NCBI GenBank assembly: GCA_963706575.1
Contig: CAVPNL010000006.1
Coordinates: forward strand, 384,001 to 448,000
Length of the DNA: 64,000 bases
Direction: 5' to 3'
Source of the DNA: an uncultured delta proteobacterium
Lineage (GTDB): Bacteria; Desulfobacterota; Desulfobacteria; Desulfobacterales; JAHEIW01
Below are positions 58,142-64,000 of this stretch, in pieces. The stretch's first letter is position 1. Each line of letters starts with the position of its first letter. The position numbers and the translations under genes were made by a program. Below the pieces are notes generated by a model, which saw only the letters and a program-made list of their open reading frames with translations, ran no database searches and had not been told where the DNA came from.

Positions 58142-58891
58142 TTAGGCCACAATTTTATCAAAAATTTCAAATGCGGCCTTCACCGATTTGCTGTCTTCAG
58201 GCATCTCTATGGTGGGGCGGCCGTTAAAATCGAAATCATAAATCATGTCATCGCTAGGTATGGTTCCGATCAGTTCAAGGTTGGCTTTATTAATCATTTC
58301 CATGGCCGGCTCGGGTAGCGCTTCGCGTGCCTGATTGATGACGACATAGCTCTTACCCACCACGATTTTCAAACTTCTGGCAAGCTCTTCGATTCTCACG
58401 GCCGCCTGAATGCCCCGCCGGGAGGGGTCCGATACAATCAGAAGGATGTCTACATCTTTTGTTGTCAGTCGGCTGATATGCTCCATGCCGGCTTCATTGT
58501 CCATCACAATATAGGGGTACTGGTCGGACAGCCGCTCCAGAAAATTGGTCAACAGGGTGTTTGCCGCGCAATAGCAGCCGGCACCTTCTGGCTGGCCCAT
58601 AACGACGAGGTCAAAACCTTCGGATTCAACCAGGGCCTCTTCAAGTTTCATTTCCATAAAAATATCTTTGGTCATGCCGCTGGGGACATCGCCCTTTTTC
58701 ATTTCCTCCCGGGCGTTTCCCAGGGTATCGGCAATATCAACACCCAACACCTCGTTCAGGTTGGCATTACAATCGGCATCTACCGCCAGAATCGGGGTTT
58801 TATTCTTTTTCAGCAGATATTTAATCAGCATACCGGCGGTGGTGGTTTTGCCGGTTCCCCCTTTGCCGGCCAATGCAATTGAATATGGCAT
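58142..58891 (-). CDS. CooC/AcsF-type nickel-insertion ATPase
   Basis: GKGGTGKTT, DAD.NANL, GCYC, DNEAGMEH.SR. Confidence 0.9.
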   Translation of the reverse strand: MPYSIALAGKGGTGKTTTAGMLIKYLLKKNKTPILAVDADCNANLNEVLGVDIADTLGNAREEMKKGDVPSGMTKDIFMEMKLEEALVESEGFDLVVMGQPEGAGCYCAANTLLTNFLERLSDQYPYIVMDNEAGMEHISRLTTKDVDILLIVSDPSRRGIQAAVRIEELARSLKIVVGKSYVVINQAREALPEPAMEMINKANLELIGTIPSDDMIYDFDFNGRPTIEMPEDSKSVKAAFEIFDKIVA

Positions 58892-59140
58892 ATTTGTCAG
58901 CTCCCTTTCATTTGAATTTCGATCCCGGATTCATCCGCTTGAATAGTTTAGAATAATTAAGTCAGTTTGAGCCGTCAGTCAAGAGGGTTTTACCAGAGTC
59001 GAGCCGATCATTCATCATATCGTCATTTGGCGATAGTCCGCTTGAGTGAAGTTTAGATGCATTATAGAGATAGCTTCTACTTGAAAAGCCTGTGGACCCA
59101 TGCTAATTCGAACTAAACTTATCTTTTGGGGGGGATGAGC

Positions 59141-60295
59141 ATGGATTTTGAACTTACCAAATCGCAAAAAGAAATACAGAAAGCTGCAAGAGAGTTTGCC
59201 AAGGGTGAATTTGACAAGGAGCTCGCCCTTGAAATGGACAGAAAGCACGAATTTCCGACTAAAATATGGAAAAAAGCTTGTGGCCTTGGATTTGTGGGGG
59301 TTCACTTTCCCGAGGAATATTCCGGACAGGATCTGGGGGTATTGGAAAATATCCTTATTGCTGATGAATTTTGTGCCCGGGATTCCAGCATTGGCAGTGC
59401 GGTAATTCTTTCCGCTTTTGCTTCAGAGTGCGTGTTGCGTTTTGGAAGCGAAAAATTAAAACAAAAGTTTCTTCCCCCCGTAGCAGAAGGGCAGATGCTT
59501 TCCGGCGGGGCCTTTACCGAGCCGGGTCGCGGTCCAGATATTAGCTCTCTGGATACCACGGCCGTGCGTGACGGAAATGAATGGGTTATCAACGGCACTA
59601 AAACATTTATTACCAACGGCGGTCTGGCCGGCTTTTATTCCGTGATGTGCCAGACCGACGTTGAATGCCAGCCGGCTTGCAGAGGCATCAGCCTGATCCT
59701 GGTAGAAGCCGAACAGAAAGGGGTCACGGCCACCGATGTGGGCGATAAGATGGGCATTCATATGATGGCTACGGCTGAATTGAATTTTAAAGATGTGCGG
59801 GTGCCGGCTTCTAATCTTATTGGCGAAGAAGGCAGAGGATTTCATCAGGTTCTTGAATTTTTTGATGAGAGCCGAATTTTAATTGCTGCCCAGGCGCTGG
59901 GCACCGCCCAGGGCGCTTATAATCGCGCACTCGCTTATGTCAAAGAACGCGAACAGTTTGGCCGCAAAATCGCCCAGTTTCAGGTGACTCAGCACAAGCT
60001 GGCCGACATGGCGACTAAAATAGAGCTTGCCCGCCTCCTGACCTACAAGGCAGCCTGGAATTTTGATCAGGGCCGCATCGATCCCAAACTTACCGCCATG
60101 GCCAAGATGTACTCCGCGCGAACGGCAGTTGAAGTGGCGGATGAGGCCATTCAATTGCTGGGCGGTTACGGCTATATGACCGAGTATGAGGTCGAGCGCT
60201 TTTACCGGGATGCCAAGATTATGGAACTTTATGAAGGAAGCAGTAAGATTCAGAAAAATACGATTGCCAGTGCGATACTCGGAAATCTAAGTTAA
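59141..60295 (+). CDS. Acyl-CoA dehydrogenase
   Basis: MDFEL, FTEPG.G.D, NGTKTFITNG, REQFG, LGGYGY, LYEGS. Confidence 0.95.
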   Translation: MDFELTKSQKEIQKAAREFAKGEFDKELALEMDRKHEFPTKIWKKACGLGFVGVHFPEEYSGQDLGVLENILIADEFCARDSSIGSAVILSAFASECVLRFGSEKLKQKFLPPVAEGQMLSGGAFTEPGRGPDISSLDTTAVRDGNEWVINGTKTFITNGGLAGFYSVMCQTDVECQPACRGISLILVEAEQKGVTATDVGDKMGIHMMATAELNFKDVRVPASNLIGEEGRGFHQVLEFFDESRILIAAQALGTAQGAYNRALAYVKEREQFGRKIAQFQVTQHKLADMATKIELARLLTYKAAWNFDQGRIDPKLTAMAKMYSARTAVEVADEAIQLLGGYGYMTEYEVERFYRDAKIMELYEGSSKIQKNTIASAILGNLS

Positions 60296-60329
60296 TTTCC
60301 GGCTGGAAATTTAATTCATATATCATTAT

Positions 60330-60362
60330 TTCCGGATGGCGAACACGCTTTCCCATCCGGAA
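60330..60362. terminator. Hairpin between convergent acyl-CoA dehydrogenase genes
   Basis: ttccggatgg ... ccatccggaa. Confidence 0.55.
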
Positions 60363-60438
60363 ATGTGACTAGCTTTTATCCGTATTATAGCCATACTATC
60401 CGTGTTTGGCGGGTGCTTTGCAAAATCGCCCGGTGATT

Positions 60439-61587
60439 TTACTTCCCTTTGATAAGGTTATTGGCTATTACCAGGTGCATGATTTCATTGGTGCCCTCAT
60501 AGATCTGGCATATTTTGGCATCCCTCATATGCCTTTCCATGGGATATTCCTTGCAGTACCCATATCCGCCTAAAATTTGAACCCCCTCAACAGAGGCACG
60601 CATCGCCGCATCGGACGCATACATCTTAGCCATAGCGGCTGCTTTTTCAAAAAGTTTTCCATTATCCTCCAGCCAAGCAGCCCTCAGGGTCATCAGCTCG
60701 GCGGCATCCAGTTCCGTTGCCATATCTGCTAATTTCCACTGGATGGCCTGAAAGGAGGTTATGGGTTTACCAAATTGTTCACGTGTTTTAGCGTACTCCA
60801 GGGCCTCTTCCAGGACCGCTCTTCCAATCCCCACCGCCTGGGAAGCAATGCCGACCCGGCCGCCATCAAGGGTGGTGAGCATCTGCTTGAATCCTTCCCC
60901 TTCTTTGCCAAGAAGCGCGTCAGCAGGCACCCTGGCGTCCTCGAAGACCAGTTCAGCTGTGCCGGATGCATTGATTCCCAATTTGTCTTCCACATGGCCC
61001 ACTTTAAATCCCGGCGTATTTTCTAAATCAAGTACAAAGGAGCTGATCCCTTTGTAGCCTTTTCCCTTTTCTGTTACAGCAGCGATCACCGCGTATGCGG
61101 CCACATTACCACTAGTGATGAATTTTTTTTCTCCATTGATGATCCATTCATTTCCATCCCTGACAGCAGAGGTGCGCAGGGCAGCCGGATCCGAGCCCGC
61201 TCCTGCCTCAGTCAATCCGTAGCAGCCTATTTTTTCGCCTGCGGCAACCGGGGAAAGGTATTTCATTTTCTGTTCGTGAGTGCCATAAGCCATCACCGGA
61301 TAACAGTAGAGCGAGTTGTTCACCGACATGATGGCACCTGTACTGGCACACGCCTTGGAGATCTCGATAAGCGTCACCACATAGCTGACGTTATCCATAC
61401 CCCCTCCGCCGTATTCTTCAGGCACCGCAATCCCCATCATCTTCAGTTCACCCAGCTGTTTGATGATTTCCGCCGGGTGTTCATGCTTCTCGTCCAATTC
61501 CGCGGCTTTAGGTTTGATCTCAGTCTCAGCAAATCGTCGAGCCATATCCCTTACCATCAATTGTTCTTCTGTAAGTTCAAAATCCAT
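60439..61587 (-). CDS. Acyl-CoA dehydrogenase (butyryl-CoA-type)
   Basis: LTEAGAGSD, NGEKKFITSG, LDGGRVGIA, REQFG, IYEGTNEI. Confidence 0.95.
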   Translation of the reverse strand: MDFELTEEQLMVRDMARRFAETEIKPKAAELDEKHEHPAEIIKQLGELKMMGIAVPEEYGGGGMDNVSYVVTLIEISKACASTGAIMSVNNSLYCYPVMAYGTHEQKMKYLSPVAAGEKIGCYGLTEAGAGSDPAALRTSAVRDGNEWIINGEKKFITSGNVAAYAVIAAVTEKGKGYKGISSFVLDLENTPGFKVGHVEDKLGINASGTAELVFEDARVPADALLGKEGEGFKQMLTTLDGGRVGIASQAVGIGRAVLEEALEYAKTREQFGKPITSFQAIQWKLADMATELDAAELMTLRAAWLEDNGKLFEKAAAMAKMYASDAAMRASVEGVQILGGYGYCKEYPMERHMRDAKICQIYEGTNEIMHLVIANNLIKGK

Positions 61588-61865
61588 TTTTTTATTTAGC
61601 TCCCTTTTCAAGTCAAGTTATGTGATTGTCGAATCTTATTATTCACCAGTCCATTTAAACTTCGCTGGCGTCTTGTAGCATAATCCTTCTTGTTTGTAAA
61701 TCGCAGCTGTTACCTATATGGGTCCTCAAATAAGCTTTGAAACTCATTACCCGTTGTATTTTTCGATTTCTGTTTTATTATTGAGTTAATCTGTGCCAAC
61801 GCTTTGTGGAGAAGAAAAGTATTTGCTCTTAAAATGGCTGTTACAGAAGAAGAAAGGAGCCCACG

Positions 61866-62333
61866 ATGATTGATATTCTGAAAAAGACCTACCTGGCGGG
61901 AGCAGGCCTGGCGGCTAAAACCTGGGATGAGGTGGAATCACTGTCAAAGGAGGTCGTTAAAAAGGCCAAGATGTCTGAAAAAGAGGGATCTAAATTTCTA
62001 AAGGACATGAAAAAGCGTTATGATGACACTCAGAAAAAAACGGGAACGTACGTGGAAAAGATCGTCAAGGATATTTTAAAAAAGATGGATATCGCTACGG
62101 CGGCTGATATTAAAGCCTTGAAAAAAGAGATCCAGCAGCTCAAAAAAGCAACTGGCATGACAGGTGCCAAAAAACGCGCCGGCGGTAAAGCTGCCAAGAA
62201 GCGTACGACGACGACTGCCAAGAAGCGTGCGGCCACCAAATCAGCCAAAAAATCCACTGGCCGTGCCAGCACTGCAAAGCGCACCGGCACCCGGGGCACA
62301 AAAAAGCGCACCCGCAGAGCGGGTTCGAAATAA
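61866..62333 (+). CDS. Phasin-like (PhaF/PhaI family) protein with Lys/Arg/Ala/Thr-rich tail
   Basis: LKKTYLAGAGLA, EG.KFLKD, DIAT.ADI..LK..I..L, then AKKR repeats. Confidence 0.75.
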   Translation: MIDILKKTYLAGAGLAAKTWDEVESLSKEVVKKAKMSEKEGSKFLKDMKKRYDDTQKKTGTYVEKIVKDILKKMDIATAADIKALKKEIQQLKKATGMTGAKKRAGGKAAKKRTTTTAKKRAATKSAKKSTGRASTAKRTGTRGTKKRTRRAGSK

Positions 62334-62430
62334 CGCGAATATGGGTTTGTGGTAATTTTTAGGATATTTAGATCATGTGATTCGATCAAACCCGCTATTA
62401 AAATGCAAACTTGTCGGTATCCAGTGACGT

Positions 62431-63123
62431 TTAGAAGCGAATGGCTTTGATGATAAAAATGATGCCGACGATGATCATCAAAACCGCCCCGATTTTATAG
62501 ATAATCGCTCTTGATCTAAGCCAGCCCAGGTCGACGAGTTTGGCTACTAAAAACAGTGCCGGAACGGTTCCGAGCCCGAAAGCGGCCATGAGACCCATGC
62601 CGGCCAACACACCGTGATGGGTGGAACCGGCATCCATTCCGGCGCGAGCCGCCCCCAGCAATGCGGTATATACCGGGCCGCAGGGCAACAGCCCGAGCAA
62701 CAACCCCAGCGGAAAATAGACCAGGGTGGATTGTAGTTTCAGTAATTTGCCGTACCCTTTTGAAATAACGCCGCCGAGGCCGGATTGATCCCTAAAGATT
62801 TTGCCAAGCGGAATCCATCCCGCCATGGCCAATCCCATGAGCATAATTAAGGCACCGGTAAGAATCATCACACCCTTCTGGATCGTGTCAATGTTGGCGG
62901 TTATCATGGTAAGGGAGCCTGCGGCTGCCACCACCCCCCCCAGGATGGCATAGGTGATGATTCTTCCGAGATGATACAGCAGCTGGGGGGCGAGGATATT
63001 TTTTTCTTTAAGGTTCAGACTAAAGCTAACCACAATCGGTCCGCACATGCCGATGCAATGTCCGAAGCCGATGGTAAAGCCGCTGGAAAGATAAAGCAGG
63101 AATATCGTTTCAGTAGATAACAT
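62431..63123 (-). CDS. Sulfite exporter TauE/SafE or DsbD_2-type membrane protein
   Basis: HCIGMCGP, YHLGRI.TY, GLLPCGPVY, FGLGTVPAL. Confidence 0.88.
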   Translation of the reverse strand: MLSTETIFLLYLSSGFTIGFGHCIGMCGPIVVSFSLNLKEKNILAPQLLYHLGRIITYAILGGVVAAAGSLTMITANIDTIQKGVMILTGALIMLMGLAMAGWIPLGKIFRDQSGLGGVISKGYGKLLKLQSTLVYFPLGLLLGLLPCGPVYTALLGAARAGMDAGSTHHGVLAGMGLMAAFGLGTVPALFLVAKLVDLGWLRSRAIIYKIGAVLMIIVGIIFIIKAIRF

Positions 63124-63550
63124 CGAAGATAAATTCGGTTTGACCAACGTCAGGTATGATTACCGTCGCCTGCCAGGTCCGGCGGCCGCTGGGGCACCTG
63201 ACAATGACGCCCTGGCCCTCATAGGTGGCAATGCCGACGGATTTAAGTTGTACGCGGTTGGGGCCCATGTTCATACCCGGCATCCCTAGATCAATGTAGG
63301 GCAGTTTGGTGTTCGGCGGTAGTTTGCCGGTAAGCGTCACTTGAAACAATAGATCCTGCATCGCTTTTACCGGTCGGGGTGCCACCGCAAGGGTAACCGT
63401 GGATCCTGACAGGTTCTGAGTGCAGGCGCCCCGGTGCAGGTCGCAGTTAATCATTTCCTGATATTTATCGCCGGCTGAAATGCGCCCGGGAGCCGCCAGC
63501 AAAAAAGCAGTCAAGATTACAACGCTAAACAGAATTATAAGCGGTTTCAT
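63110..63550 (-). CDS. Exported protein with MPGMNMG motif (YtkA/FixH-like)
   Basis: Signal peptide from MKPLII; CDL..G.C, LGMPGMNMG, VRC.SG..TW; overlaps the next gene. Confidence 0.65.
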   Translation of the reverse strand: MKPLIILFSVVILTAFLLAAPGRISAGDKYQEMINCDLHRGACTQNLSGSTVTLAVAPRPVKAMQDLLFQVTLTGKLPPNTKLPYIDLGMPGMNMGPNRVQLKSVGIATYEGQGVIVRCPSGRRTWQATVIIPDVGQTEFIFDVIY

Positions 63551-63681
63551 TTTTACTGCAGCAGTCTCCTTTTCCTGTTCCCGCCAAAAAGACATCCGCG
63601 GCTGCCCTATCCCGGCCGCGGATGCTGGAAATATATTTCTGTCTGTCTTCCGACTTCTGTCATGTGACCTCTGTCTTAAAT

Positions 63682-64000
63682 TTATAACAAGGTATAGCCC
63701 GGCCCTTCTCCCCCCTCCGGACACGTCCAGGTGATATTTTCATAGGGGTCTTTAATATCACAGGTTTTGCAGTGCAGGCAGTTGGAAGGATTCAGTTTCA
63801 GCCGGCGCTCACCGCTGTTATCATCAACCTCAATTTCATACACATCCCCTGGGCAAAACCGGGTGCAGGGGCTGCGGTACTTGGGATAGCAGGTGTTCAC
63901 GCAAAGATCCGTGTCGTGCACAATAATATGGGAGGGCTGATCTTCGCGGTGCTTGGTTTTGGACAAATAGACACTGGTGAGTTTATCCACAAACAGCTCG
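63682..64000 (-). CDS. Electron transfer flavoprotein-quinone oxidoreductase, C-terminal 4Fe-4S part (runs off window end)
   Basis: DKLTSVYLS.T.H.EDQPSH, CTRFCP..VYE, NCLHCKTCDIKDP, W.CPEGG.GP.Y. Confidence 0.9.
   Translation of the reverse strand, partial: ELFVDKLTSVYLSKTKHREDQPSHIIVHDTDLCVNTCYPKYRSPCTRFCPGDVYEIEVDDNSGERRLKLNPSNCLHCKTCDIKDPYENITWTCPEGGEGPGYTLL

Overview
A gene-dense bacterial chromosomal segment. Gene content and intergenic repeat style suggest a sulfate-reducing deltaproteobacterium (Desulfobacterales-like; inference). Main blocks: pcm (partial), 5-formyl-THF cyclo-ligase, serS-thrC-TPR pilotin; a type IV pilus operon (XRE-HTH, pilMNOP) ending in two tandem pilQ genes, with a divergent PilS/PilR-like two-component system; housekeeping/envelope genes (PfkB kinase, SH3 protein, phosphatase, radical SAM, Fur-FeoA fusion, PilZ, recN, rdgB, PEPCK, AmpG, cysteine desulfurase); an FGGY kinase/GlpD-like/alkyl-DHAP-synthase-like trio; an accessory island (~46.2-52.0 kb) with an IS1182-family element, two integron attC sites without an integrase, a GC-rich stand-alone GMP-synthase ATPPase gene and an AbrB-PIN toxin-antitoxin pair; a co-oriented cluster of CooC/AcsF ATPase, HDAC, AcuB-like CBS, PrmA-like, MBL, sirtuin and RACo genes; two acyl-CoA dehydrogenases, a phasin with a basic tail, and a partial ETF-QO. 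Intergenic DNA holds two MITE families that overlap TAG stop codons, many short-period inverted repeats, and a perfect sigma-28 promoter in front of a structured, ORF-less tract. Three genes show small indels (sequencing error or real). All calls are from reading the sequence by eye; no searches were run.
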